NCBI RefSeq assembly: GCF_001194135.2 | Contig: NC_068984.1 | Location: forward strand, 119,823,109 to 119,887,108 | Direction of reading: 5' to 3' | Source: Octopus bimaculoides | Lineage: Eukaryota | Length of the DNA: 64,000 nucleotides | Shown here: positions 1-12,833 of the stretch, in pieces | Position numbering within the stretch: the first letter of the stretch is position 1 | Layout of the letters: each line of letters begins with the position of its first letter | The notes under the pieces: model-generated | What the model was told of the DNA's origin: nothing | Seen by the model: the letters and a program-made list of their open reading frames with translations, nothing else | Databases searched by the model: none | Position numbers and translations under genes: made by a program

Positions 1-38
<38 letters not shown>

Positions 39-440
39 TTTTACTTGTTTTAGTCATTTGACTGCAGCCATGCTGGAGCACCACCTTCAGGAGTTTTTTT
101 TAGTCAAACAAAGCAATGCAATTACTTCTTTCTTTTTTAAGCCTGGTACTTATTCTATTGGTCATTTTGCTGAACTGCTAATTTATGGGGATGTAAACAT
201 ATGAACACCAGTTGTCAAGCAGTTATGGGGTACAAGCATAGACACAAAATGTGCATGCACATAATACACACACACATATGGTAGGCTTCTTTCAGTTTCC
301 ATCTACCAAATTCATTCGAAAGGCTTTGATTGATCTGAGGCTAAAGTAGAAGACTCTTGCCTAAGGTGCCAGGCAGTGTGACTAAACCCAGAGCTCTGTG
401 GTTGGGAAGCAAATTTCTTGCCATACACCTCCACCTGCAA
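39..440 (-). mobile_element. tRNA-derived SINE, family A (bipartite, central CA/TA tract)
   Basis: Reverse complement of the near-intact copy at 51419-51850 (tail ...ATGACTGAAACAAGTAAAAG; head with GGCACCTTGGGCAAG). Confidence 0.85.
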
Positions 441-485
441 CTATGCATTTATATTTATATGTTTATAAACACACACACACACACA

Positions 486-650
486 GAGGCATAACTGTGT
501 AATAAAGAATTTCACTTTGTAACCATGTGGCTTTGAGTTCAGTCTCATTGAGTGGCAACTTGGGTAAGTATATACCATAGCCCCAGATTGACCAAAACCT
601 TGTGAGCAAATTCAGTTTGTAGAAATTGAAAAGAAGCCCATTGTATGTGT
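486..650 (+). mobile_element. SINE A, 5' half, degenerate
   Basis: Similar to the head of 51419 (aaccatgtgg...gttcagtc...cttgggtaag...ccttgtgag...gaagccc); head-to-head with the previous copy. Confidence 0.7.
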
Positions 651-990
651 GTGCGTGTACACATTTATACACACACACACACACATTTACACATACACCA
701 TGTGTCTATATGAGAGGACCTCTCAAGGTTAATACTTTAGTATTTGGTGTTCTAACAAGACATCCACGTTAAGTTTGATATAAAGATTGCCTTTTGGTAC
801 TAATACTGGTTAATGTTCTGAACATTAATCTCTTGGTTCTTATATCAGTAGCCATCTATGTATGGGTATACACATGCAAATATATTTATTTATATATGTT
901 TGTATAACTATATTTTATGCGTGTTAATATTCATGAAACATCTATGTAACTAACAAAATTATGAAGATTAATATATATATATATATATAT

Positions 991-1367
991 TATTGTGTCT
1001 GGGGAGAATCATTCATAATTAACACACTTACTGGTTCGATTTCACTCATTTACTTATTTAAAAAAAAATTTTCATTGCTTCTTGCAATCTCTTCAATAGT
1101 CATTGACTCTGTCTGTTATCAGAACTGCATTCTTTTTGCTTGTCTGTTGTGTGTGTCAGTGTGCATATACACATACATACTGACACATGCACATGCACAC
1201 AAACAAACAAAAAGAACACACCTCTGATAACAGACAGAGTTAATGACTATTGAAGAGGTTGCAAGAAGCAATGAAAATTTTAGAAAAAATAAATAAGTGG
1301 AAATCAAACCGGTGAGTGTGTTAATTAATAAGCCATTAAAACAGAATGACTTTCCCCAGACACAATA
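991..1367. mobile_element. Fold-back (near fully palindromic) MITE-like element, 377 bp
   Basis: 991-1123 is the reverse complement of 1223-1367 (ends TATTGTGTCTGGGGAGAATCATTC / GAATGACTTTCCCCAGACACAATA). The spacer is also imperfectly self-complementary (ttctttttgcttg / caaacaaaaagaa; tgtgtcagt / actgacaca). Confidence 0.8.
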
Positions 1368-2011
1368 AAATATGCTTTAATAGCCTTGTTGATGTGGGTT
1401 AAATTCCAATAAAAGAGCCCCTGTTTCTTAGCTAACAAAGCTCTGATTAATTTTCCAACACTACCTCCATCTCTAGAGCTGAGTGAGCTTCATCAAGTAC
1501 CTGTGGTACCTATTTACAACCAAGTAGACTGGTTGGCTCATTACAGTGATGGTGACAGTATACTTAGTATACTTAGTCACTTTGGTAATCTGGTGTGCTG
1601 TCCATGAACCAAACAGCAAATTCATTTGTACTATTAAAAATATCTGTATTATCACTTTCTTTCTTCTTTACATTCTCTTTCCCCCCCCCCCCCTGTCTGT
1701 AGCAGTAGTAGGCCTCCTTCAACTGGAAACAGTTAACTACATGTGTGTGTCTCAGAGCTGCACGTCTGTTCCGTGTTTCCAAGTACTGATAAGGACAGTT
1801 TGCAAATGGCAGTCTGTGTTAGAGTAGCTGCAGCTGGAAGTGGTATCACTACTTGAATACTAACTATTCTTGCTTCAGCTAACAGTTTCAGTTTTCTTCT
1901 TCCAATCTCTGAAGTTTCTTCTCTCTTTCAATTAATTTTTTTTATTCTGAGTTTTTTTTTATTCAAGTTAGATCAGATATAAGTTATTCTCTCTCAAGTC
2001 TTTGTACTTTG

Positions 2012-2255
2012 TGAGGGAGTATGGCCTAAAGATTAGGGTGTTGCACTCATGATTGTAAGATTGTGGTTTCAATTCCTAGACTGGGTAGTGCATTTTGTTC
2101 TTGAGTAAAACGCTTCATTTCATGTTGCGTCAGTCCACTTACTTGTGAATAAGTAACCCTGCAATGGACTGGCATTTCATTCAGAGGAAATGTTATGAGC
2201 CTGGTCAGTTATTTACCATGGAAACCAGTAACAGCCAGCAGACTAAGGTGACACT
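2012..2255 (+). mobile_element. tRNA-derived SINE, family C
   Basis: A-box-like tggcctaaagattagg, B-box-like ggtttcaattcc, then ttgagtaaaac...cagtccact and gcaatggactggcat; similar copies at 13270 and 39480. Confidence 0.7.
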
Positions 2256-2257
2256 GG

Positions 2258-2743
2258 TCATGCTTCAAGAACCCTGCAAAGAATTCTTGCAGTTCCAAGC
2301 AATGCTGATCTTTGTAGGTGTTCTTCCTTTACATTTATACCAATCATTTTGAGCCATGTTCGTAGCTGAGTGCTGATACTTCCAAGTGCACCAATTACTG
2401 TTGGTACCACGTCTACTCTCCTCACTGACCACAACCTTTGTATTTCTTGCTTCAAATTGTCATATTTGTTAATTTTTTTCTTCTTCCTTCTCTTTGATCC
2501 TGTCGTCACCAGGACATGCTATGTCGATTATCATGCATGTTCTTTCTTCTTTATTCACCACAACAATGTCTGGTTTCTGATGTCTGGTCACGTGATTGCT
2601 TTGAATCATTGCATCCCACAGGATTTTGCAATTTTTATTCTTGGTGACTCCTTCTGGGGTTTGCTCATACCACGTTTTTGCTCTTTGTAGACTGTGTTTT
2701 CCACAGAGCTCCCAATGGATCATTCTTGCCACATTCTCATTGT

Positions 2744-2744
<1 letters not shown>
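2258..2744 (-). mobile_element. R4/Dong-type non-LTR retrotransposon 3' fragment (restriction-like endonuclease), frameshifted
   Basis: HWELC...KILWD...HQKPDIVVVNKEERTCMIIDIACPGD...KY..L..EIQRLW...VVPTVIGALG...LQRSALLGTARIL: PD-(D/E)xK RLE C-terminus; abuts a TAA/TTA tract. Confidence 0.85.
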
Positions 2745-2785
<41 letters not shown>

Positions 2786-3644
2786 TATTATTATTATCAT
2801 TATTAATAATAATAGTAGTAGTAGTTACCTTACTCTCTTCAGGAGTTAATAGCAATAATCTATATTGTTCATTTCCAGTTTTACTTTGCTTACATTATCA
2901 GATTTTACAGGAAGTTAATATGTTTGCTGTTCTGTTTTTATATAAACTTTATATCTAATTTATGTAATTTTCTCTTTTTTTTCAATATTTATAATTAAAA
3001 TAATAATATTGTCAAGAATTAAGTAGGTTTGAAATTATCTACTTCCATAGAAGTTTGCTTGATGTTATCAATTATCAGCTAAGCGGTAATTAACTTTATG
3101 ATTGATGTTAATTATGATAGGATTTTAATTATCAAATGGTTGTTGAGCAACAGCAAAATTTTGCAGACTAATAATAGCAGTATATAATTAGATGCACTTC
3201 TTACTCCATACATATACATGAAATGCTGAGGGGACAGTTGTTCAGATGCTGATACCATCATTATGATGTATTTATATGGCTGAGGTAGTTGAGCTTTCAA
3301 CAACCTAATCCATGTCTATTTGTGAATTTAAGGTTTTGGTTTACAGTAGTGGTTCTCAAACCTGCATAGCTCAGTGCTCTCTTTCACCAAATGCCCACTC
3401 TCCATGTTTTGCAACCCACAACCCTCCAAACTCCAAGCACCGGAATATTTTAATTAAATTAATTTTGCATAGTAGTTTACTGTAAAGTAGTTGGCATTAG
3501 GAAAAGCATCCAGCTGTAGAAACCAAGAAATGAGACTGGAATCTAGTGCAGCTCACCTACTTGCCAGCTCTGGTCAAAACCATCCAACCTGGTTTCTTGG
3601 TTTCTACAGCTGGATGCCCTTCCTAATGCCAATTACTTTACAGT

Positions 3645-3920
3645 GTGATCATCATAAGGTTGTGTGTTTGATACCTGGTGGTGTGTCATGTCTTTGAGGA
3701 AGATACTTTATTTCATGTTGCTCCAGTCCAATCAGCTGGCAAAAATGAATTGTACCTGTAGTTTAAAGTGACATCCTTGTCACATTCTGTGTCATCTTGA
3801 ATTTCCCTGAGAACTACATTAAGGGAATGCATGTCTGTGGAGTGCTCAGCCACTTGCACATTAATTGATTAAATCAACTGGAACACTCAGCATATCTAAC
3901 TGACAGAGTGTTAGTTATAG
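3645..3920 (+). mobile_element. tRNA-derived SINE, family G
   Basis: Matches 35040-35360 (ctccagtccactcagctggcaaa...ccttgtcaca...attaagggt...gtggagtgctcagccacttgca). Confidence 0.7.
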
Positions 3921-4219
3921 GCAAGAAGGGAAAATCTAGAGGGAGAATGTTAAGGGATGGAAGAGCATGAAGAGAAAATGGTTAATTCAGAGGTGGAGGT
4001 GGAATGGACACTATAGCTGATGGAAAGAGTAGAGACTAGCGAATCAGGAGATCCTAAATGAAGATGGTATAAGACTAGCCAACTCAGAGCTGTTTCTTCT
4101 GTAGGAATGGTAAAGGATGCAGAATTACCTCTGCTTGTGACAGTCTGGAATTCATTCAACTTAATGCTAGGGAAACTGAAAATAATCATTGGCTGTTAAA
4201 AATACAAATATATGAAATG

Positions 4220-4525
4220 ATAAAGCACCGTTGACCAGATACTATTGTGGTAGAAAAAGAGATGTGGTATTTATCCCAGACAGTCACAATATATTCAGCA
4301 AAGAGCATAGAAAAAAATTTGAGAATTTGGGACCTTTGATCAGAAACTTTAAGAATGTAGAATATAGAAAGTGAAGCTGTACCAATAGTAATTGGTGCTC
4401 TTGGCTCTGTTCCCAACAAGCTGACACACATCAATGAAATAAATATAATACCTAATAATTGTAACCTTACAAAAATTGGCACTGCTTGGAGCTGCCAACA
4501 TTCTGTGAAAGGTACACTTTTTTGA
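4220..4525 (+). mobile_element. R4/Dong-type RLE fragment, heavily degenerate
   Basis: IKHR*PDTIVVEKE ... VEAVPIVIGALGSVP ... QKLALLGAANIL, homologous to 2258-2744 and 60750-61089. Confidence 0.7.
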
Positions 4526-4601
4526 GGTCATATCATTTGATGGAGAGTACTAAATATGTACTTGGTTAATGTTTGAAGCTGTGCTGAAGGAAGAAAGGAA
4601 T

Positions 4602-4836
4602 AATAATTCTTTCTAACATAGGCACAAAGCATGACATTAAGGGGACAATGTTATCAATGCCACCAATCTCATGTCGACACAAGGCCTGAAATTTGGGGGA
4701 AGGGTTTAAGTTGATTACATTGACCGCAGTGCATAACTGGTACTTATTTAATCAACCCTGAAAGGATGAAAGGCAAAGTAGACCTTGGCGGAATTTGAAC
4801 TCAGAATGCAGTGGTGGGCGAAATACTATTAAGCAT

Positions 4837-4881
<45 letters not shown>

Positions 4882-5830
4882 GTAATAATAATAACAATCC
4901 TTTCTACCGTAGGAACAAGGCCTAGAATTTTGGGGAAGGGGGCTAGTCGATTACATTGACCCCAGCAATCAACTGGTACCTATTTCATCGTCCCTGAAAA
5001 GATGAAAGGCAAAGTTGACCTTGGTGGAATTTGGACTCAGAACATCTTTAAGATGGATGAAATGCTGCTAAGCATTTTGCCTGGCATGATAACAATTCTA
5101 CCAGCTTGCCATCTTAATAATAATAATAATAGTGGTTTCAAATTTTGGCACAAAGCCAGGAATTTTGGAGGAGGGTGCTAGTTGATTACACTGACTCCAG
5201 TGTTCAACTGGTACTTAATTTATTAACCCCTGAAAGGATGAAAGGCAAAGCCAACCTCAGCAGAATTTTAACCTAGAACATGGAGACAGATGAAATGCTG
5301 CGAAACATTTTGCCTGTTGTGATAACAATTCTGCCAGCTTGCTGCCTTATTAATAATAATAATAATAATAATGATAATGGTTTCAAAGTTTGGTGGGGGC
5401 AAGTTAAGTAAATCACATCAACCCCAGTATTTGACTGGTACTTTATTTTATTAATACCAAAAGAATGAAAGACAAATTTGACTGCCAGAATTTAAATTCA
5501 GAACTACCAGCTACCCACCTAATGATAATAATAATATAAATAAATAACTATTTCTGATTTGGGTGCAAAGCCAATAATTTTAGGAGGAGGGGTTAATCGC
5601 TACCATCAACTCCAGCATTTGATGAGTGGTTCATTTTATTGGCCTCAGAGTGATGGAAGGCAAAGTTGATCTCTTCAGGATTTGAACTCAGACTATAAAA
5701 TGTTGAAACAAATACTTCAAGGTATTTAGTTAGATGCTCTAATGATTTTGCCAGCCCACCACCTTAAACTAGAACTTCATTTATCAACCCCAGAAGGACG
5801 AAGGGCAAAGTTTACCTCAATGATACTTGT
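4602..5830 (-). mobile_element. Head-to-tail array of about 7 SINE D copies separated by (TAA)n tracts
   Basis: Recurrent gaaaggatgaaaggcaaagt(c/t)gacct...atttgaactcag blocks in units at about 4602, 4676, 4898, 5130, 5378, 5548 and 5770, all in the same orientation. Confidence 0.85.
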
Positions 5831-6237
5831 GTAAGTGTTAAAAGTTTTTGACCATTAAGATTTATTACGAAAATAAAATAAAAACAAAACCTTTGGCAAA
5901 ATCAATCATTGAAAGTGATTGATTAATTACTATTCATATATATTAACTGACTCATTTCTATTGCTAGAGATTAAAGACCAAATCAATTTTGGAGTTCCTC
6001 TCTACACTATAAAGTCAATTAGAAATCTTATGAGTTTTCTAGTTTATTTAATTAATTTTTCTGTTATACTTAATGTCAAGTCAGATGTGAGATGCTCTTC
6101 ATAGCACATGTATACAAATAGATTGCTTGCCATTCTATAGAATATGGACAAATGAAAAATCCAGAAGCTTTCCTTTCCTACTTCTTGTCAGTCAAAAAGA
6201 TCATTGATCAGAATGGGGATATGGAAATTACCTCCTA

Positions 6238-6238
<1 letters not shown>

Positions 6239-6285
<47 letters not shown>

Positions 6286-6337
6286 TGCGTGCCTGCGTGC
6301 GTGCATGTATATATGTATGTACATCTTTTTATATATG

Positions 6338-6370
<33 letters not shown>

Positions 6371-6511
6371 ATGTGTGTGTATGTATATATATATATATGT
6401 GTGTGTGTGTCTATGTATGTATGTCTTTATGTATATCTATATATATATATGTATGTATATATCTATTCATATATATATATACATATGTATATCCCCTTCT
6501 CTCTCTCTCTC

Positions 6512-6560
<49 letters not shown>
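6239..6560. repeat. Compound (TG)n/(TA)n/(TC)n microsatellite
   Basis: Seen directly. Confidence 0.95.
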
Positions 6561-6561
<1 letters not shown>

Positions 6562-6884
6562 AATGCATATAGAGAACTTATAATGATGGTAACTTTCCAA
6601 TTCTTATAAATGAATCCCCTTTTGGCAACAAAAGAAATCATTATACATTTATAAATATTATTAATATTAATCTATAAATATTATTCTGTTATGTAACACA
6701 GTAACTGTGGAACAAAGCAAAATTGAATGCATAAACTATTATGCACACAGCATTTATATTATTTGCAAGACAAATATCAAAGACCTAATTGATTATGTTA
6801 TAATTGATTATAGATATAATATTCGTATTATTTATATGACAATTGACTGATAAATAAATATTTTAAATTAACTATGATTTTATA

Positions 6885-6940
6885 CACACACACACACACA
6901 CATGCACACACACACACACACGCACACACACACACGCGTG

Positions 6941-7002
<62 letters not shown>

Positions 7003-7019
7003 TATATATATATATATAA

Positions 7020-7080
<61 letters not shown>

Positions 7081-7095
7081 CATCTATCTGTCTAT
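6885..7095. repeat. Compound (CA)n/(TA)n/(TGTC)n/(TATC)n microsatellite
   Basis: Seen directly. Confidence 0.95.
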
Positions 7096-7998
7096 CTACA
7101 TTCTTTTACTGGCTTTAATCATTGGACTGCAGCCTCACCAGGGCATCACTTTCAAAGCTTTAGTTTATCATATCAGCACTTATTTTTAAGTACTGTACTT
7201 ATATTATCAAGTTCTATTTATCAAACTGTTAAGCTCTGGGACAAACAGAAGCACTGGTTTTTAAGTCATGCATATGTGAACAAACACACATGTATTTGTC
7301 TGTGTCTATACATATATATGTGCTTATGTATGTATGTGTGTGTGGGTGTGTGTATGTGTGTGTGTACATATATATTTATATATAAATTTGTGTTGCAAGA
7401 TTTTGATGCGAAGTCATGTGTTGAAACAGATATTGTATTTTGGGATGGTCATTTTTTTTTTCCCTAATAAACACACACTATAAATTCATTCTTGCCTCAT
7501 TTATTACTGTTCTTATCCTAACTCTTGTCCAGAATCTTTCGTCACACATCTGTGACTTCCTCAGTGACACTTTCCGTTTTTGTGTGTGCTCTTGCCCTGC
7601 TTATTCCATCCTGTTCTTCTGTGATGTGTATCCTTATATGCACATGCATCACGTCTGTTTGTGTGTGTGTGTGATTGTTCTTAGTAGCACTATGTCCCTT
7701 CCCTCAGTCCTGTCCCCTACTCTGTTGCTGCTGCTGCTGCTCTTGAACCCAACTTTATGTACTGTTCTTGTAACTCAGTGTGTTTGTGTGTTCACCTATG
7801 CTGCTGCCATTGTGGTAGATGTTGTTGTTACCATTGATGTTAGTTGTATTGTTGATATTGTTGTGGCCATCTGTGAAGTTACTGTGTGTGTGTTTGTGTG
7901 TGTACATTGGTTTGCTTTCTATGTTGTTTGTATCCGTGCCCTTATACAGTTTTTTTCTTTAATGTCTCTAATTTGTTAATATTTATCATAGGTATGAT

Positions 7999-8740
7999 AA
8001 CTGTAAGGTTAGGCATATAGCTTACGATGTACTGAGGGACAGTGCAGAAGCAGAACAACTACTTACATTAGAGGGACAGCATGCAGCATGACAACTAAAG
8101 ACTAAAGACTGAAGAGAGAAAAAGTAAAAAAAAAAACAGCGTAATACACCTACAATAGACATATATGCACATACCTGGCAGTGAACTAGCATACCTTTTT
8201 AGAAAAACACTAGATAAGGTCAATCTACAGATTAAAGTAGTAGAAAGTCCTGGTGCCCCTATAAAATCCTTGATCTGTAGAACATATCCCTTCAATAGGA
8301 GAACAATTGTATTGTGTGTAGGATGAACCCACAAGTTAACTGTAAGGTTAGGAATGTGGTGTATAGCTTATGATGTAGTGAGGAATGGTGCAGAAGCATG
8401 GCAATTACTTACATTGGAGAGACAGCCTGCAGCATAGGAGAGCGTATAGGTGAACATTGGTGAGAGCTCAAAGAAGAGAAAGGCTCATCAGTGCTCTACC
8501 AACATGCTCAAATAGAACATAGAGACTCAGTCAAAAGCATAGAGGTTAAAATATCATCAATGCATAGAACTGACATGACACTTAGACAGATCACAGAGGC
8601 TACACACATAGCAATAAACAGACTGAGCCTCAACAGAAAACATGAAGGGAACAGTAACACCCACCACCACACCACACAACATGATGACTAAAGACTAAAG
8701 ACTGAAGGGAGAAAAAGAAACAAAACAGATACACACATTG
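7999..8740 (+). mobile_element. Penelope-like element 3' fragment (GIY-YIG endonuclease remnant) preceded by a deleted direct repeat
   Basis: PGSELA...IKVVESPG...PF then NCKVRNVVYSL*C...TYIGETACSIGERIGEH...SVLYQHAQIEH...RQITEA..I...LNRKHE (YIG at 8410-8418). 7999-8150 repeats 8338-8740 with the middle removed. Confidence 0.8.
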
Positions 8741-8976
8741 GCCGACCTTAGGCTATAGTTAAAGATGCTTGATGAAGGTGCCAAGCAATGGGACTAACCT
8801 CCCCCAAAATCCACACATGTTTTTATGTACATTACTGATTAATATCATTAAATATTTATTGACATTTAAAATGTTTCCCTTTTCAGTTTTGGACGAAAGA
8901 AATATCCTGCCATGTACTGGTACTCCATAGAAAACAAGAATGCTCGAAAACGTGTAAGTATACCATGCCATACGTA

Positions 8977-9824
8977 CAGGGTGTATGGACTAAATTTGGC
9001 AGTTTGCTTAAATTAAAAGAAAACACAATATCCCATCCAAAAATAAAAGTATTTTGAAAAATCTAAAAAGTATCAACTAGATTATGGCCTTGAGGTAGCT
9101 GTCCTCAGCTTCCACCATAGCAACAAGAGAACTCCAGAACCTGGTGCATACATCTCTCACTATGTGAAGATCTTTGAACACCTTGAGCTTGGCCACTAAT
9201 TTGGTCTTGGTGTTGCAGGTAGAGTGGTTCATGTCTTTCTCGATTGTGCCCCACACATAGTAATACATGGTATTACAATGGGGTAATTAAGAGGCCTGAA
9301 ATTGTGGGTGTTGATGTCATCAAGTGGTTCTCTTTGGCTTTCGCTGTCAGAATTTGTCTCTTATTCCTCTTGTATGAGTGGTAGTGAAGGTCCTCACTCA
9401 AGACCAGCTTCATTTGTGGTGACTCTAACACCCTTTCCTCTTGCCAAAGCCCAGATTCCCTTATTCAGATCTTCCATCACCTTGTCTTGCAGTTGTTGGA
9501 AGAACTCCAGCATGTGAATGCAGTCAGAACACCTGCTGTGTCTCTTCCTGCTGCCCATTGCAGCTATCCATGTCATGTCTTACAGTGTTCACAGAATATG
9601 GAGCAACAGTGATGATATCAACATGTTAACACTTGACATGAATCAACATGATATAGGTAACTCTTTTCCAATATTTAGATGGCTTCCAGTTCTCCATATC
9701 AAATAACTTTTTTCAACAACTAATCTTTATGATCTCCAATGCTGTTGACTATTCAACAATATATCAAGCTGGTCATGAAAAATGGAGACATAAACAAATC
9801 ATCAAATTTAGTCCAAACATCTTG
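8977..9824 (-). mobile_element. Internally deleted Tc1/mariner transposon (maT/DD37D-like)
   Basis: TIRs CAGGGTGTATGGACTAAATTTGG / CAAGATGTTTGGACTAAATTTGA (19/23), TA on both sides. N-terminal remnants (QDKVMEDLNK; LSEDLHYHSYKR) are joined to the C-terminal C-N-x-M-x-YYVWG...EAE remnant. Confidence 0.85.
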
Positions 9825-9902
9825 TATTTTGATTAAAGTGTTTCTTGAGGTTTTTGCTGAACAGCCCCTTTACCAGTTCACCATCCTGATTTTTGTTTAT
9901 TA

Positions 9903-10270
9903 TCATCATCATTATCATTATTTTAATGTTCACTTTCCATGGGTCACAGAATTTGTTGATGTAGATTTTCTCTGGCCAGATGCTCTTCCTCTTGCCAACA
10001 TTATTTCCCTATGGCCTGATGTATTTTCATGGGAGACTTGAAACAATGGACACTGCTTTTATGATGCTGATGCTTGTTGGTAACTATTTCATGATGTCAA
10101 GACAAAGAAACACAAAAAGATCACACACACACTTGATAGGTTTCCTTCAGTTTCCACCTACCAAATCCACTCACAAGGCTTTGGTCACTTCAGGGCTGTA
10201 GTAGGAGACAATTGCTCAAAGTGCCATGTAGCAGAACTGAGCCTAAAGCTGCACTGCCATACCTACATCC
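9903..10270 (-). mobile_element. SINE A' (family A head plus RTE-like 3' tail)
   Basis: A-type head at 10130-10270; tail ggaagagcatctggcc...catggaaagtgaacattaaa(tga)n; similar to 33618 and 46972. Confidence 0.65.
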
Positions 10271-10898
10271 ACATAGTCACATAAGGGAAAAGCTAGTCTT
10301 GTATCCTACAAAGTTTATTACATACCATTAACAGCCTTATATTAAATAAACATTATTGTCCTGAAAATCAACATTATAGACAATAAATCTAGCAAAATTG
10401 CAAATAATGAATTTCCTATTAGAATTAATTAGTTAATGGATTCTGAAATTTCCCAGGTTAAGAATTGAGAAATTAGAAAGCTAGACGATGGAGCTAGGTT
10501 AGATAGTAACAGATTTTACCATAAGATTACATAAATCTTGGTAGGAGTTAGTTATAGTTGAAATTAGTATTATTGCTATCATTATAAATGAAGTAAAGCA
10601 CAGTTCGTGACTAACTCTTTCTTGCTTTGTGTCTTTGAAATAATTTGTTATTATCCTACATAATGTCTATAGGGGATTTGTTTTGTCAGTTTTAGATTTT
10701 CTTCTAATTAATGTCAATTGTCTTTGTTGTTGTTGCTGGTAGTGGTGGTGGTGCGAGGAATAGAATAAAAATATGTACATGAGGTTAAATTTATTAGTCT
10801 ATATATTTGAGGAAGAAAAAGTGATATTACACATCCATAAAATACAAACACATGCTGTATATTTGTCATGACTTTCTCTATGAATTTTTTTATTGTAG

Positions 10899-10936
<38 letters not shown>

Positions 10937-12093
10937 ACACACACACCTGCCTATAAATACACACACACACATACATATGCATATATGCAATCTATATATC
11001 TATATATATATATATCTGTCTGTCTGTTTATCTGTATACATATTCATACATGCATGTATGTATATACGTACATACATGCATACATGAAATGTTTAAAAAG
11101 TATTCCATGAAATCAAAAGATATGGAAAAATAATAATAAAAAGGAGAAAATATGCCATTCCTTTTACATCTGCAGTTAATTAATTCCAAAGCATATTATA
11201 TTACAACCAAATCATTTCAGAATACAATAATGTCTATTGAAAGATAGATTATCTTAGTCAAATTATTTCAAAATACATTATTACATATTGCAAAATTATC
11301 ATATGAAATCCAATATACATTACTATATTTCACAATTACATATTGCAAAGTGCATTTTTATATTCAAGTCACTTCAAAGTGCCTTAAAGACTGCAAATAT
11401 ATGATTACATACAGGTTTCACTTCTTATAAAAGATATTCATTGCCATCTATGAATGTAATGGTTTGCTACAGGTTCTCATTTAATATATAGTGTGTCTAC
11501 CAGAAGTAACCTTGTTGCAAACTCATAAAGACATAAGGAATGTAATATTATATACATTAGTAGACCCAAATTAAGTAGGGGATGTAAATTTTTGTACTTC
11601 ATTCAAATATTAATGGGAAAAATATTTCATATTTATTAAAAAATGAATTAAAAATAAAGTGTCAGTTTTTAGTTAAAAATTAAAATTTGGTTTATATTTT
11701 GCAATAACACATTGGTACAATGAGAAAAGTTTAAAATGTGTTTGTCAAGTTCCTGCACATCTATCTAAATACTATCTTATTCTAATTTTCATAGTTTTTC
11801 ACATCTTGTATTTGTTGGTGAACAGTCACACATTTTCAAAGTGGCATGTCTGTGTGGCTAATCTAATTCTTGCCATACCCATTGTTTGTGATGACAAAAA
11901 TTAAATTTGCTGAAAGAGATGTGAAGCTATTTCATATTTAAAAAAATTTCCTCATTTTGAAGCAGAATTTGGAGACATATATAAATATATGAATACAAAT
12001 TCCACAATTTAACCTTTTGAGAATTATATTGACCAAACAGGCATGTCACTTAAAAATGTATAACAGTTTAGCAGCAACAAATACGGATCTGGA

Positions 12094-12128
<35 letters not shown>

Positions 12129-12234
12129 GGCACAGGCATAGCTATGTGGTTTAGAAGTTTACTCTCAAACCATATAATTTTGGGTTCATTCCATCTGTGT
12201 GACACCTTAGGTAAGTGTCTTCTACTACTGAATG

Positions 12235-12274
<40 letters not shown>

Positions 12275-12521
12275 TATATTTATATAAGTATATATTTGTA
12301 AATAGTAAGGGATTACTCCAAACATTTACTGGCTTTCAGATAGGTATTCAAAATAAGATATTCAACTGTTAATCTATAAATCCAGTAATATTCTCATAAG
12401 ATAAGAATTTAGAGATATATCCGGTGCAGTTGAAACATGTGTAGGTCTATTTAAAGATGTATATGTACAAAAAGAATTAAAGGTAATACTATGCAACTTA
12501 ATTCTTCTTCTTCTTCTTCTT

Positions 12522-12791
12522 GACTGGGCTGCGTGTTGTGTTTTTGAGCAAGACACTTTATTTCACGTTGCTCCAGTTCACTCAGCTGTAGAAATGAGTT
12601 GCGACGTCACAGGTGCCAAGCTGTATGACCTTTGCCTTTCCCTTGGATAACACTGGTGGTGGGGAGAAGGGAGGCTGGTATGCATGGGTAACTGCTGGTC
12701 TTCCATAAACAACCTTGCCTGGACTTGTGCCTGAAAGGGTAACTTTCTAGGTACAATCCCATGGTCAGTCATAACCGAAGTGGGGGGGTCT

Positions 12792-12792
<1 letters not shown>
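12522..12792 (+). mobile_element. tRNA-derived SINE, family B (5'-truncated)
   Basis: High identity to 26411-26700 (ttgagcaagacact...ctccagttcactcagctgtagaaatgagttgcgac...caatcccatggtca). Confidence 0.85.

Positions 12793-12833
<41 letters not shown>

Noticed and set aside
1580-1930. Protein-like minus-strand stretch (ETSEIGRRKLKLLAEAR...)
   Set aside because: Stop-interrupted, with no splice sites or family I can name.
3950-4189. Possible L2 or Penelope RT remnants (also 33000-33460, 35600-35790)
   Set aside because: Only compositional resemblance; no diagnostic motif recovered.
4602-5830. Repeat-spacer periodicity resembling a CRISPR array (also the RTE UTR units)
   Set aside because: Units are long, degenerate eukaryotic retroposon sequences with no unique spacers or cas genes.
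6152-7467. Long ORFs rich in YI/CV/HT/LSIY (also 14803, 25009, 34127, 47888)
   Set aside because: Translations of di- and tetranucleotide microsatellites.
12406-12482. Possible upstream exon (E)FRDISGAVETCVGLFKDVYVQKELK with phase-0 donor AAG|GTAATA
   Set aside because: It would join in frame to YGG, but the acceptor is weak, the nearer AG at 12399-12400 gives a stop, and the thioredoxin cis-Pro (xPT) motif is missing. Needs RNA-seq; not called.
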